Shown: piece after piece, positions 49,699 through 60,154 of the stretch | How positions within the stretch are numbered: position 1 is the stretch's first letter | Layout: the number at the start of each line of letters is the position of its first letter | DNA from: a virus | Lineage: Duplodnaviria > Caudoviricetes | DNA: 64,000 nucleotides | Direction: 5' to 3' (one strand) | IMG/VR virus record: IMGVR_UViG_3300021255_000152 | Coordinates: 64,001 to 128,000 of that record | Notes under the pieces: generated by a model | Database searches by the model: none | Seen by the model: the letters and a program-made list of their open reading frames with translations, nothing else | What the model was told of the DNA's origin: nothing | Made by a program: the position numbers and the translations under genes

Positions 49699-51633
49699 TT
49701 ATTCTGCGTTATATTCGCCAGCTTCTTCGCTGTGATTCTTAATATATTCTTTTCTTAAACCTGCGCTTGAACCCATGAGAGTTTCAAATAACATATCTGC
49801 GGCCTTAGCATCTTCGATTGTAATCTGTTTAATAATGCGATTATTAGGATCGGTAAGAGTTTCTTCTGTTTCTTCAACAGACATTTCTCCAAGTCCTTTT
49901 AGGCGATTAACCTGATACTTGCTACCCTGATGAGTCTTTCTGAACTCTTCAAGTGCAGCATCATCTTTAAGGTACTTATAGCCTTTATTTCCTCCAAGAG
50001 TAATCTTATATAGAGGAGGAACGCCTGCATAGATATAGCCATCTTCAATAAGTTGAGGACAGAAATTCCAAATGAAAGTATAAAATAGGTTCTTAATATG
50101 ACTTCCATCTACATCAGCATCAGATTCAATGATAATCTTACCATATCGCAAATCCTCAGGCTTATATGTGATTTTCATTGTTTTCATATCAACAGTCAAT
50201 CCAAAAGCATCAATCATTGTCATAATTTCTGCGTTCTTCTGGATCTTATCCAATGTTGCTTTCTGAGTATTAAGAATTTTACCTCTTACTGGCATAACTG
50301 CTTGGAATGAGTTATCTCTTGCAAGTTTGAGGTTGCCAGAAGCGGAATCACCCTCGGTAATATAAATCTCACAATCTTTACGTGGCTTACCTTTGCAGTC
50401 TGCGAGTTTTGTGTCGAATTTAAGGGCTTTCTCTTTTTTCTTAGTTGCGGCACGAGCAGTATCACGAGCCTTCTTTGCTGCCTCTCGTGCTTTACGTGCG
50501 TTAATTGCCTTGTCCGCAATTAATTTAACTTCTTTCTCATTCGCATTCATCCAAGAGACTAGATTATCTACAAGTGCGCGAGTAAATGGTGCCATATCAA
50601 TCTTGGTAATTCTTGACTTAACCTGAGCATCATATGCTACTCCTGGTGCGGTAATATTGAAGATAATATAAAGTCCTTCTTGAATATCTTCACCAGAAAG
50701 ATTTTCTTCTTTATCTTTGAGCCACTTCTTTTCCTTAAAGAACTTGTTAAACTCTCTTGTGATAATAGTTTTAACCTGTACAATATGCTGGCCAGATTCT
50801 GTAAGACCTGTATTTACATATGGAATCAATGTCGTACCATATGAAGAAGTATAGGTCATTACCATATCCATCTTATTCTTACCATCTACGAAATTCATAT
50901 TAAAACGATTATCAATTAATTCATTGGATTTAACCGCTTCATCTACAAGGTCATTAATACCATTCGTAGAGGTATAAGAAGTTTTCTCTCCATTAGCGTC
51001 AAGATTAATGGTTAAACCTGGACACAATGCTGTAATAGTTTTAAACAAGGTTTTTATCTTATTTAACTCTACTGTTGTGTGTGTGAAAAACTCTTCTGAT
51101 GGTTTCCAACAAACTCTTGTTCCAGTCTCATATCCAGTTAATTCATTACAAGCACCACTTTCTCTTTTATCAAAGACACCTTCAAGAAAACGGCAATTTT
51201 CAAATTGATTATCTCTAATAGTTGTAACAGTTAGCCAGTGAGATAAAAAAGTAGTAATTTTACTACCAATGCCAAAAGAACCAAGAGAGGTTCCTTCATA
51301 GGTTCCATCTTCACGATATTTTCCCGATGTGTTTAATACGCTAAAAGCGGCTTCAAGAATTGTCTTTCCATCTTCTCTAAATGAATTAGGAATAAAACCC
51401 TGACCGTAATCACGTACAATAACTGTATCTTTATCTATCTTTACATCAATTTTATCTCCATGACCCAAACGATATTCATCAATCGCATTGGATAGGATTT
51501 CGACTAAAAGTTGAGTGGAATATGTAGTATCACCTGCATATACACCTGGTCTTAGTCGAGTAAATTCAAGGGGAGATAATGACTCAATACTATCTTCAGT
51601 ATATAATGTTTTATCAGTTTTCTTTTTTGCCAT
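49699..51633 (-). CDS. gyrB: DNA gyrase subunit B
   Basis: EILSNAIDE, EGDSA, PVRGKILN, DADVDGSHI, KGLGEM. Confidence 0.95.
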   Translation of the reverse strand: MAKKKTDKTLYTEDSIESLSPLEFTRLRPGVYAGDTTYSTQLLVEILSNAIDEYRLGHGDKIDVKIDKDTVIVRDYGQGFIPNSFREDGKTILEAAFSVLNTSGKYREDGTYEGTSLGSFGIGSKITTFLSHWLTVTTIRDNQFENCRFLEGVFDKRESGACNELTGYETGTRVCWKPSEEFFTHTTVELNKIKTLFKTITALCPGLTINLDANGEKTSYTSTNGINDLVDEAVKSNELIDNRFNMNFVDGKNKMDMVMTYTSSYGTTLIPYVNTGLTESGQHIVQVKTIITREFNKFFKEKKWLKDKEENLSGEDIQEGLYIIFNITAPGVAYDAQVKSRITKIDMAPFTRALVDNLVSWMNANEKEVKLIADKAINARKAREAAKKARDTARAATKKKEKALKFDTKLADCKGKPRKDCEIYITEGDSASGNLKLARDNSFQAVMPVRGKILNTQKATLDKIQKNAEIMTMIDAFGLTVDMKTMKITYKPEDLRYGKIIIESDADVDGSHIKNLFYTFIWNFCPQLIEDGYIYAGVPPLYKITLGGNKGYKYLKDDAALEEFRKTHQGSKYQVNRLKGLGEMSVEETEETLTDPNNRIIKQITIEDAKAADMLFETLMGSSAGLRKEYIKNHSEEAGEYNAE

Positions 51634-51705
51634 TACATAAACCTTCCTTATATATAATTATTATAACATAATCAATTAAAAAAGTCAAGATTTTGATTTC
51701 TTGAC

Positions 51706-52377
51706 TTATAATGTATCATTTTTACTATTTTCTTGTTTATATTGCTTATACCAATTTCGTAGGGCTTTATTCGGATAAATCCACCCATCTTCAATTCCAG
51801 TTATCCAATACTTAGGATCATCTTTGTATTGACATTCTGATCTCCAATTATCTCTTCCTGAGAAATAACCCATGTTTGGAATATTATTTTTAACGTCACT
51901 GAAATAGACTTCTTCTGCGGTCATGGTGCCAGTAGCTAATTTATCGGCAAGTTCATTTCCAACAATTCCACTATGACCCTTGATATAATTTATATTTACA
52001 TGGAAATTTCCAGAAGCTAATAATTGATGTATATCGTAGATAATTTGTTGATTTTCTACTGGTTTTCCGTCTGATTTTCTCCAGTCATTAGCCATCCATT
52101 TTTGTCCCCAAACAGTGGCACAATTAATAGCATATTGAGAATCAGAATAAATTTCTGGACAACCCCACTCATCTTTTGTTCCATAATGCGCTATTGCATA
52201 ATAGAGAGCATATAATTCCATTTCATTATTTGTAGTATTTTTAACCTGTTTGGAATAAGCGTCTATAATATAATTTGTTTCCGAATCAAAAACAACATAT
52301 CCAAAACCGCCTTCATTATTAGTTCCTTTTTTATTACTTATTCTTGTTGATCCATCGCAAAAAATTTTTATAGCCAT
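51706..52377 (-). CDS. rnhA: Ribonuclease HI
   Basis: FCDGS, TTNNEMEL, SDSQY, KGHSG..GNELADKLA. Confidence 0.9.
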   Translation of the reverse strand: MAIKIFCDGSTRISNKKGTNNEGGFGYVVFDSETNYIIDAYSKQVKNTTNNEMELYALYYAIAHYGTKDEWGCPEIYSDSQYAINCATVWGQKWMANDWRKSDGKPVENQQIIYDIHQLLASGNFHVNINYIKGHSGIVGNELADKLATGTMTAEEVYFSDVKNNIPNMGYFSGRDNWRSECQYKDDPKYWITGIEDGWIYPNKALRNWYKQYKQENSKNDTL

Positions 52378-52404
52378 TTTCTTATTCCTCTCTATTATAT
52401 TGTA

Positions 52405-52947
52405 TTACAAAATTTTCTTTTTGTCAAATTTATGCTTCAACATTTTTCTAAAATATTCTTGGGTATATCCAAATTTTTCAAACCAGTATTTAAAATCATC
52501 TAAATTTTTTAATTCAGAATAATAATGGACTTGATTCTCGTTTCAATTATATTCTTTGCATAGTTGCTCGCATAGTAGCAATGTTTGGGTCATGCAATCA
52601 CGCAAATAATTGAGATTTTCTTTATTATCTTCACATATGCAGATATGTATATATCTATCTGTATTTCAAGACTGCATGTTGGTTGGCATTGTTTTTATTA
52701 TTGCAACCTGGTTATATTTATCTTTCCCAATTCAATAATGAAAATTATGATCTCGATGAGTGTGGTTATAATCGTTCATTTTATTATTATATCCAATCTT
52801 TTCTAGTATCTCTTGTTTATTTTCATTTTTACTACCAGGTTTTACATACCATCTTAAATATGGGCGTGGCATAAGAGACGAATGAATCACGATTCCTTTT
52901 GGATTAAGCATATTATAATGTTTAGCATATGCCGTACTATTGTACAT
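52405..52947 (-). CDS. N-acetylmuramoyl-L-alanine amidase-like protein (180 aa; TGA=Trp)
   Basis: PKGIVIHS..PYLRWYV, HY-TGA-IGK, YIHICICED. 3 TGA; ends TAA 52405. Start uncertain. Confidence 0.65.
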
Positions 52948-52972
52948 TACACAATCAAGAACTCAAGAAATA

Positions 52973-53413
52973 TTAATGTTCTTGTTTGTTGTTTTTTGCT
53001 CTAAGAATTTGATAAACTTTTTCTTTTCCATCAATATAATTCTTTAAATCCACTTTCATTTCTGCAATGCAGTCCTTGATTGTTTCAATGTCCTCTCTGG
53101 TCATTCTAATCTGACGATATAGCATTTTTACAGGATATGACTTAGGATCAAATTGCTTACTCTGTTTCATAGAGTATAAAAGTTGGTTTAGACCTTCTAA
53201 TTTGATCCTTAGATCATTTTTATATGTGGCCATCATATTGATATGCATACGAATTTCCGCAATAGTGGAACCAGTAATTAAGCTCTTAAAATCTTCATCT
53301 ACTGGATTGCAGTATGCTTCTCCCACATATTTTCGTCCATATTTATTATCCACAAATTCGCATTTAGTATAATTATCTTTATATGTAAATTTAGGTTCTT
53401 TTTTCGTTTTCAT
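52973..53413 (-). CDS. Hypothetical protein
   Basis: GEAYCNPVDEDF..TG..IAE.R plus coiled coil. Confidence 0.6.
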   Translation of the reverse strand: MKTKKEPKFTYKDNYTKCEFVDNKYGRKYVGEAYCNPVDEDFKSLITGSTIAEIRMHINMMATYKNDLRIKLEGLNQLLYSMKQSKQFDPKSYPVKMLYRQIRMTREDIETIKDCIAEMKVDLKNYIDGKEKVYQILRAKNNKQEH

Positions 53414-53617
53414 ATAAAACTCCTTATTTTATATTTTATTATAACAAAAAAAAGGAACAATGGCTACTGTTCCTTTTTAATTTCATCTTCTATATCATCA
53501 AATCGAAGTTCTAAATCTTTCAAATTCTTTTCAATAATTTCAATTTCTTTTAGCGACATATATAAGATATATGAGTTTAAAAGAATTAATAATACACAGA
53601 AAAGCATTGTAAAAATA

Positions 53618-54160
53618 CTAAACACCACGTCGCAATCTCCTTATATCTTCAATAACTTCATCAATATTTACTGGATACCCATTATGCGCATCCACGCCAA
53701 TATTATAGATTTGATGCTCTTTAAGCGCAAACCTATCTGTTGTGTGAGTATGGCCGCTAAGATTCCAGAGTTTTTTACAATCATCAAAATTAGCAACCAT
53801 TGTAGGATAATGAGATAGATAAAAGTTAATGTGTTTATTGACATGTAACATATCTGCATATGCTACATCAACTACACTAGGAAGTTGTTTATATAATTCT
53901 ACCCTTTTAAGAGAATCATGGTTCCCTAAAATAATATGGATATTACCTTTTAAATAACTTAAAATTCGCATACCCTCTTCATTATCATTCAGCATAACAT
54001 CACCTAAATGATATATAGTATCTTTTTCGTTGATAGAGCAATTCCATTTATCCATTAAATCAAGATTCATCTGATAAACAGATTTATATCCTCTTGGTTG
54101 CCAAAGAAACTCTTTTTCATGACAGAAATGAGTGTCAGATATGAACCATACGTTACTCAT
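53618..54160 (-). CDS. Calcineurin-like metallophosphoesterase
   Basis: SDTHFCH, HLGD, GNHD, GHTH. Confidence 0.9.
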   Translation of the reverse strand: MSNVWFISDTHFCHEKEFLWQPRGYKSVYQMNLDLMDKWNCSINEKDTIYHLGDVMLNDNEEGMRILSYLKGNIHIILGNHDSLKRVELYKQLPSVVDVAYADMLHVNKHINFYLSHYPTMVANFDDCKKLWNLSGHTHTTDRFALKEHQIYNIGVDAHNGYPVNIDEVIEDIRRLRRGV

Positions 54161-54647
54161 TTACCACCTCATCATTGCGGATAAATTCAATCTCAATAAT
54201 GGAACAATCAATGTCGCCAAATTCATCTTTAGTAGGGTATGTAAATTTTTCAGACATATTACGGATTGCATCTTCTGGAACTCGAGCTAATCCATTTCGA
54301 TTGAGGTTATTTTTTAAGCACTCTTCAAGTGGAGTATTGATAACATAAACTTCAAGTCGATCGAAAAGAGTTTTATCAACTCTATTATAGAACTTGCGAC
54401 GAGAACCAACAGTAATATGAGTTGCATCTGCCCAAACAATGTCGTGGGATTCAGCACTCTTATTTACATCATGGCAAAATTTATTGAAAACATCTGTTTC
54501 TTTTGAGAAATAAGGAATACCAGGAGCTATTAAAGAGAATCGAATAGCATCACGGGATACTACTGCGTCTTCTGGATGTGCCATCATTTTTACAAAAGTA
54601 GATTTACCGCTTGCTGGAATTCCAACCATCATTCTAAGAGTTGTCAT
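54153..54647 (-). CDS. P-loop kinase (polynucleotide-kinase-like, AAA_33)
   Basis: GIPASGKST, SRDAIR, DATH, RVPEDAI. Confidence 0.8.
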   Translation of the reverse strand: MTTLRMMVGIPASGKSTFVKMMAHPEDAVVSRDAIRFSLIAPGIPYFSKETDVFNKFCHDVNKSAESHDIVWADATHITVGSRRKFYNRVDKTLFDRLEVYVINTPLEECLKNNLNRNGLARVPEDAIRNMSEKFTYPTKDEFGDIDCSIIEIEFIRNDEVVNE

Positions 54648-54849
54648 TTTCAAAATCACCCCTTTCAAATTTCATTTTGAATTTTGCTACATCTTGTTCT
54701 GAATAACATTCGTAATGATTTACTTCTTGTTTGCAGTGTATGCAATATAGCTTTTTTAAATGTCCTTTTCCTCTTTGCGCCGCTTCGTTGCGCGCAATGG
54801 GAATCCCCCTGTTCCCGCACTTTATGCAATAAAATTCATGTGTAATCAC
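54634..54849 (-). CDS. Small Zn-ribbon protein
   Basis: CIKC..HLKKLYCIHC. Confidence 0.6.
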   Translation of the reverse strand: MITHEFYCIKCGNRGIPIARNEAAQRGKGHLKKLYCIHCKQEVNHYECYSEQDVAKFKMKFERGDFENDNS

Positions 54850-54990
54850 CTCATAACCTTCTTTCTAATCCATATTCATGTATTATTTCATCTTGTAAAT
54901 CAAGATTCATTATAAGGAATAATTTACTTTTTGGAATAATATGAATACTTCCTACATTGTCTGCATAATAATAGTCATCTTGACTTTCTT

Positions 54991-55191
54991 TTAAGAAAAT
55001 GTACCCACGATCCCGTCTAAAATTTTTGTAGCTCTGATCGCTAATTCTTCCATCTGACTTTTTGTAATTTTCTTCCATTTCCAACACCAATCGATTCGAT
55101 GACAAATCCAATCAATATCCCTTTCGTGATAAGGCTTAAAATTTTCATAACTTTTAAGGGCAGTATCAATTTCTTTATAGAAGTCTTTCAT
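54991..55191 (-). CDS. Hypothetical protein
   Basis: ORF behind promoter cassette. Confidence 0.6.
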   Translation of the reverse strand: MKDFYKEIDTALKSYENFKPYHERDIDWICHRIDWCWKWKKITKSQMEELAIRATKILDGIVGTFS

Positions 55192-55213
55192 ATTTTCCCT
55201 TTCCTTATATAAT

Positions 55214-55246
55214 TATTATATCATATATTTTTATAAAAATAAAAAG
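55214..55246 (-). repeat. 33-bp direct repeat (promoter cassette), copy 1
   Basis: TATTATATCATATATTTTTATAAAAATAAAAAA, identical at 56422-56454. Contains TGnTATAAT on the minus strand. Confidence 0.8.
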
Positions 55247-55268
55247 ATCTTAATATTAATCAAGATCT

Positions 55269-56399
55269 TTAGTATTCGCTCAAAAAGTCAGGTAATTCAA
55301 AATCTGGAATGTACTTAGCAAGTTGTGGAACCTGCATCTTTTCCATTATATCTTCTACGGTCAGATTGTTTCCAATAGCCTTAAAGCCAAAGTAAGACAA
55401 TCTGTCGTTCTTGATAACTTGCGCCACAGCCTTGCGTTCATAAGAATACTCTTCGTAAAGCAAACGAACATGCTGGATATAGCGAGTTACTTCCCACTTT
55501 AGCATATAGAGCTGGTAGGAATAGAAATGAATCTGTGCCATATATGGATGATGGGTACCATTTATTTTAATAAATTCATCCCAGAAGTTATCCTTAAATC
55601 CCTGAAGAATAGTATTCTTATCCAAGAGATAAGAACCATTATTCCAAGCATGGTGTAGTGCAAGATAAGCAGGAGACTTAATCTTTACACGATGCCAGTT
55701 CTTATCAACTACTACGAAGCCCTCATGCTCTACATTATCTGGATTCCCGTTCAATGCTTCGGCCGCTTTGAGTGCATCTTCAAAAGAGTGAAGTGGATAT
55801 ACCTTTGGCTTCTGGATTCCAATAGTAAAGTTAAATTCCTGACCTGTTTCGTTACATCTTGAGCCAATATGATAAAGCATTGGCTTTGGATAATCAATTA
55901 CGATTTTATTATAAGGAGAAACGAGTTCGAAGATATAGGTAACATTGTTGAACAGCTTGTTGAAGGGAATATCTTCATAGTTAATTGCCTTATGGATTAA
56001 ATCCAAAAAAGACATATTAGTATTAGTCACAGCAGCGTTTTCTGCGTTAATAACACCATTGGTAGCCCAACGCCATTTTCCTTTATAACAATAAAGTTTT
56101 ACGATGGAACCATCTATCTTTTCCTGAACCTGAGCGGAATCCCAGTCGATTTCATCGGCATAAGATTCGATGTGGTTTCCAAACTTGCGGAAAGGCCAGC
56201 AGACAACTTGATATGTAGTCATATCAATGATAATACCACGGGCTTCCTGAACTAAGGAGTTGGAAAAATCGCATCCAATTCCATAGTTAAAAATAGCAAG
56301 AGTTCCATCATAATGAACCTTAATGTCCATATTTTTGAAATCTTCCATCCATGTTTGCGGATGTGCTTTAATATAATTTACAATAAGAGAATTGGACAT
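55269..56399 (-). CDS. T4 Rnl1-like RNA ligase
   Basis: EARGII, FRKFGN, EKIDGS, FELVSP.N.IV, EGFVV, RVKIKS..Y. Confidence 0.85.
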   Translation of the reverse strand: MSNSLIVNYIKAHPQTWMEDFKNMDIKVHYDGTLAIFNYGIGCDFSNSLVQEARGIIIDMTTYQVVCWPFRKFGNHIESYADEIDWDSAQVQEKIDGSIVKLYCYKGKWRWATNGVINAENAAVTNTNMSFLDLIHKAINYEDIPFNKLFNNVTYIFELVSPYNKIVIDYPKPMLYHIGSRCNETGQEFNFTIGIQKPKVYPLHSFEDALKAAEALNGNPDNVEHEGFVVVDKNWHRVKIKSPAYLALHHAWNNGSYLLDKNTILQGFKDNFWDEFIKINGTHHPYMAQIHFYSYQLYMLKWEVTRYIQHVRLLYEEYSYERKAVAQVIKNDRLSYFGFKAIGNNLTVEDIMEKMQVPQLAKYIPDFELPDFLSEY

Positions 56400-56421
56400 A
56401 TTTCTTTCCTCCTTATATAAA

Positions 56422-56454
56422 TATTATATCATATATTTTTATAAAAATAAAAAA
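56422..56454 (-). repeat. 33-bp direct repeat (promoter cassette), copy 2
   Basis: Identical to 55214-55246. Confidence 0.8.
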
Positions 56455-56461
56455 AGACCCC

Positions 56462-56683
56462 TTAATCGGGGTCTTTTCCGCATAAATAACAATAATGAAC
56501 AGTATGTTCCATTCCACCTGTTGCGGGAATTTTTTCAGTTTTTGTTTTATATGCCATGCATTTTTCACCTATGCATTCATCGAATTCTTCTTCTGTCGTA
56601 TTTGCCATAGGGAAACCACCTACTCCATGAAGATTATAGTTTATAACTATTTTACGTTTTCTAAAGGGACACTTTTTAGGCAT
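56462..56683 (-). CDS. Small Cys-rich hypothetical protein
   Basis: CPF..CIGEKCMAY..CYLC. Confidence 0.55.
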   Translation of the reverse strand: MPKKCPFRKRKIVINYNLHGVGGFPMANTTEEEFDECIGEKCMAYKTKTEKIPATGGMEHTVHYCYLCGKDPD

Positions 56684-57713
56684 CTCTAATTACCTCCTTT
56701 AGTGCGTTTGCACGAAGAGGCTGGCGTAATTTACGCATGGCCTTTGTTTCAATCTGACGCGCACGTTCTCTAGTAACGCCAAGATGCTTACCAATATCTT
56801 CAAGAGTGTGGCCAATTCCATCTTCAATTCCAAAACGAAGAGAAATAACCGTTTTTTCACGTTCAGATAAAGTATCCAAAATGGACATAATAGCATCTTT
56901 CGTAGAGGAATCCATTAATACTTCTTCTGGATTCTTTTGATTAGTATCTGGAATTACTTCTGTCATATCAGCATCATCATCTTCTGTTAAAGGCTTGTCA
57001 AGAGAAAGAAGATTCTTAGATGCGGCAGTGTAACGATGAATTTTTTCTACTGTTAAATTAGTGGCTTCTGCTAATTCTTCAATAGTAGGTTCATGACCTA
57101 ACTCCTGGATCAAATTGGTTCTTGCCTTGGAGATTTTAGAGAGGGCTTCTACAACATGAACTGGGGTACGAATGGTATGACTCTGATCCGCAATTGCGCG
57201 AGTGATTGCCTGACGAATCCAATAGGTTGCATATGTAGAAAATTTATAACCTTTATCCAGGTCATATTTATCAATGGCTTTAATTAAACCAATATTACCT
57301 TCCTGTACGAGATCAAGAAAACTCAAAGGAGATTTTCCAATATACTTACGTGCAACAAAAGCAACCAAGCGCAAATTGGATTCAATTAGCTTATGCTTGG
57401 CTGTTTCATCACCATTTTTAATTCTTTTTGCAAGATACATTTCCTGTTCTGGACTTAAAAGAGGAATGGTATGAATCTGTCGCATATAGATTTTAACAGA
57501 ATCACTAACAGACGAAAACTTTAAATCATCCTCGCAATCTTCATCAAAGTCTGGCAGAATGATTTCAATACCTTTATCATATAAAGCATTATATGCCTGT
57601 TCAATTTCTTCATCTGTGCTGAACGTTTTAAGGATTACTTCATCCTTAATCTTATTATCTTTAGCATTTGCGATAATTGTTTCAATCTTTTTGTTAAATT
57701 CTTCTGTCATCAT
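56676..57713 (-). CDS. RpoD/SigA-like sigma-70 factor
   Basis: DSVKIYM, DLVQEGNIGLIKAIDKYD, FSTYATYWIRQAITRAIADQ, TLEDIG..LGVTRERARQIE. Confidence 0.93.
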   Translation of the reverse strand: MMTEEFNKKIETIIANAKDNKIKDEVILKTFSTDEEIEQAYNALYDKGIEIILPDFDEDCEDDLKFSSVSDSVKIYMRQIHTIPLLSPEQEMYLAKRIKNGDETAKHKLIESNLRLVAFVARKYIGKSPLSFLDLVQEGNIGLIKAIDKYDLDKGYKFSTYATYWIRQAITRAIADQSHTIRTPVHVVEALSKISKARTNLIQELGHEPTIEELAEATNLTVEKIHRYTAASKNLLSLDKPLTEDDDADMTEVIPDTNQKNPEEVLMDSSTKDAIMSILDTLSEREKTVISLRFGIEDGIGHTLEDIGKHLGVTRERARQIETKAMRKLRQPLRANALKEVIRDA

Positions 57714-58266
57714 AACCCTTCCCTCTTCTAAACACTATAATTCCATTACTTACTTCTTTAAATAAATATCCACAATATATTTTATCATTTTTCATCGCAA
57801 CTGAAATTCTATCAGCTATTTCAGATATTTCAACATTATTCATATCTTTATCTCTTACAAGCCAAGTTGCCACTGTAATAATGTCATGTGCTTGCAAAAC
57901 AAAAGTATCATCTTGATTATATTTTTCATTCGTGCTTAAATCTTTGAGCGCACGCTCCAAGTTCTCTTCTAATGAAACCCATTCAAGATTTTGAAGTGAA
58001 TTATCACGCTTATTATGATTAATATGATCTACACTCATATTAGTATAATCATCAAGTGGATGCCACGTCATAAGAACTACTCTATGCACGGAGTAGTTCT
58101 GATTATTAACACGAATTTTCATATATCCATGTTTATTTATCTTTGGCATTATTGGATTTTTATTAATATCTTTAAAATTGCCAAGAGTAGAAACATAGAT
58201 TTTTAAATCTTCATTAAATTTCCATTTTTCTACTTGAAAATAGAGCTTTGGAAAAATATATTTCAT
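57694..58266 (-). CDS. HNH endonuclease (homing-type)
   Basis: VHRVV..VDHINHNKRDN..NLEWVS..EN. Confidence 0.85.
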   Translation of the reverse strand: MKYIFPKLYFQVEKWKFNEDLKIYVSTLGNFKDINKNPIMPKINKHGYMKIRVNNQNYSVHRVVLMTWHPLDDYTNMSVDHINHNKRDNSLQNLEWVSLEENLERALKDLSTNEKYNQDDTFVLQAHDIITVATWLVRDKDMNNVEISEIADRISVAMKNDKIYCGYLFKEVSNGIIVFRRGKGYDDRRI

Positions 58267-58287
58267 AATTATTCCTTTCTATAATAA

Positions 58288-59064
58288 TTATAACATATTT
58301 TTATAATTTTTCAAGTTTTCCATGCTATAACTAGAACCAAAAGGAATTGCTTCGTGATAGATCATTGTCGCAAATTCATGAAGGTCTCTATTATCATGGT
58401 AATGACCAAAATAGAACCTATCATAATCGCAGCGTGCAACGATTTCATTTAGAAAATATTCAGTAGTATTATCTACCATAGACTGATCTACTTGCGGTAA
58501 GAACAAGTCTTGGATATAAGGTATCCACATATATGGACAAGTGTGCGCAAATATGTAATCATATTTTGGCTCCTGGTATTCTAAAAGTTCCTGTCTCTCT
58601 TCATAAGAAAGTTGTTCGTTTTCAAACCAGGACCAGTGATTCATAATACGATACCACTTATCTACTGAATATGCTCCTGGAATTGTTAAAACAGATTTTC
58701 CTTCTATAATGTACTTCCCACCTTCGTCTAAAGCATATTTGATTTTTGGAAATCTATCTTCAACATATACTCGATTTTCAAAATATCTTTCATAATGCCA
58801 GTCCGCAGGATATTTTAACATTTGAATAGAAGGACGCTGTTCATGATTACCTCTAATGCAAAAATAGGTTAAAGGAAACTTATGGAGTTTCTCTTTGAAA
58901 AAATCATCTCGTTTATTAAGATAATATAATGCGCCAAAGTCACCAAGCACAACCAAAACGTTATCTTCATAATTATCAGATAACTCTTCTTTATGCTTTA
59001 CATAGAAATTGCGTACAACAGTCCAATCTCCATGGATGTCTCCAATTAACCATATGTTCTTCAT
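58288..59064 (-). CDS. Metallophosphoesterase
   Basis: GDIHG, GDFG, GNHE, HTCP, GHYH. Confidence 0.9.
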   Translation of the reverse strand: MKNIWLIGDIHGDWTVVRNFYVKHKEELSDNYEDNVLVVLGDFGALYYLNKRDDFFKEKLHKFPLTYFCIRGNHEQRPSIQMLKYPADWHYERYFENRVYVEDRFPKIKYALDEGGKYIIEGKSVLTIPGAYSVDKWYRIMNHWSWFENEQLSYEERQELLEYQEPKYDYIFAHTCPYMWIPYIQDLFLPQVDQSMVDNTTEYFLNEIVARCDYDRFYFGHYHDNRDLHEFATMIYHEAIPFGSSYSMENLKNYKNML

Positions 59065-59846
59065 TAGATCATCTCCCTTTTAGCGTATTCTATTAAAAAT
59101 GAACTATCAACAAATTCCCTGCATATTTCGTTAAGAAAGTCTTGTGTTGAAAGATTTATTTCTTCTGTGTATGTGAAATTATCTACAAGATTACGAATAT
59201 TTTCTCCAGTAGTTTCTGCGATTGCGCGCAAAGAAGCTGCACCTAAAGTCCCATTGCGAATCTGAAGAATATACTTTTTAGTTTCTTCATCTGGACGCAT
59301 ACATTCGATGAAAGGTTTTCCTTCTATATATTTGGTTAAATAATATTCATAACGAACTAAATTAGCGACCTGTTTAAAGCTAATATCACCGTTATCTAAG
59401 TAAATACGGTCTAAAGTATTTAGAGCGTTTCCTTTAATTGCTTTAACCGCAAGTTCTGGATTTAATTTACTTATCTCTTCTCTCTTGGAGCATAAAGATT
59501 CCCAAATTTTCTTATAGGCTGGATTAATAATACAATATTCCGTATATAAGATTTCTAATACATTTATATTCTGTTTAGTAATCTCTTTAATAAACTGACG
59601 AATATCTTTAACTTTAATATGTTCTCCTGTTTCTGGAAATATTAAAGTAGCACTTTCTGGTCTGTGACCTAAATATATTTCATTAAGCGAAGGTGTAATA
59701 ATTAATTGAGTATCTACATCAGATGACTCTATATCGGTACCATAATTTTGACTTCCTGTTAAAAAGATACCGACAACATTATTTATATCATATTTCTTGA
59801 TAGCATAATTATAATGTTCTTGAATTCTATCCATTACCAAGGGCAT
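59064..59846 (-). CDS. Pol-beta-superfamily nucleotidyltransferase
   Basis: GSQNYG....SDVD, KQNINVLEILYT. Confidence 0.75.
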   Translation of the reverse strand: MPLVMDRIQEHYNYAIKKYDINNVVGIFLTGSQNYGTDIESSDVDTQLIITPSLNEIYLGHRPESATLIFPETGEHIKVKDIRQFIKEITKQNINVLEILYTEYCIINPAYKKIWESLCSKREEISKLNPELAVKAIKGNALNTLDRIYLDNGDISFKQVANLVRYEYYLTKYIEGKPFIECMRPDEETKKYILQIRNGTLGAASLRAIAETTGENIRNLVDNFTYTEEINLSTQDFLNEICREFVDSSFLIEYAKREMI

Positions 59847-60154
59847 CTAGGGTCTTCTCCTTCCAATTTAATTTCCGCACGCTTAATGTTTGTAACATAT
59901 ATATCTTTTGATTTTTCTATTTTACTCCAATAGTGAATATAAGAACAACCAGGTTCTTTGTATAAAGCTTGAACAGCTTCTCTATATTCATCTGGAATAG
60001 TATCTATTTTGTAATTGCAAAATTGCATAAGGTAATAAAAGAGTGTTATTACATAGGCTTTTGAGAAATCAAGTTTCTTATTACCTTTAACGCAATCTTT
60101 GGCAATACGACGAATTTTATATTGTTCATCGACTGACAAACATCTTGGTTCCAT
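59834..60154 (-). CDS. Hypothetical protein
   Basis: ORF with GAGG RBS. Confidence 0.55.
   Translation of the reverse strand: MEPRCLSVDEQYKIRRIAKDCVKGNKKLDFSKAYVITLFYYLMQFCNYKIDTIPDEYREAVQALYKEPGCSYIHYWSKIEKSKDIYVTNIKRAEIKLEGEDPRCPW

Noticed and set aside
54851-55111. ORF ending in TGA, as either a recoded gene or a counter-example to recoding
   Set aside because: It overlaps 54991..55191 and has no clear start, and readthrough would run across the next gene. It is either spurious or an early gene still using TGA as stop; unresolved, so not annotated.
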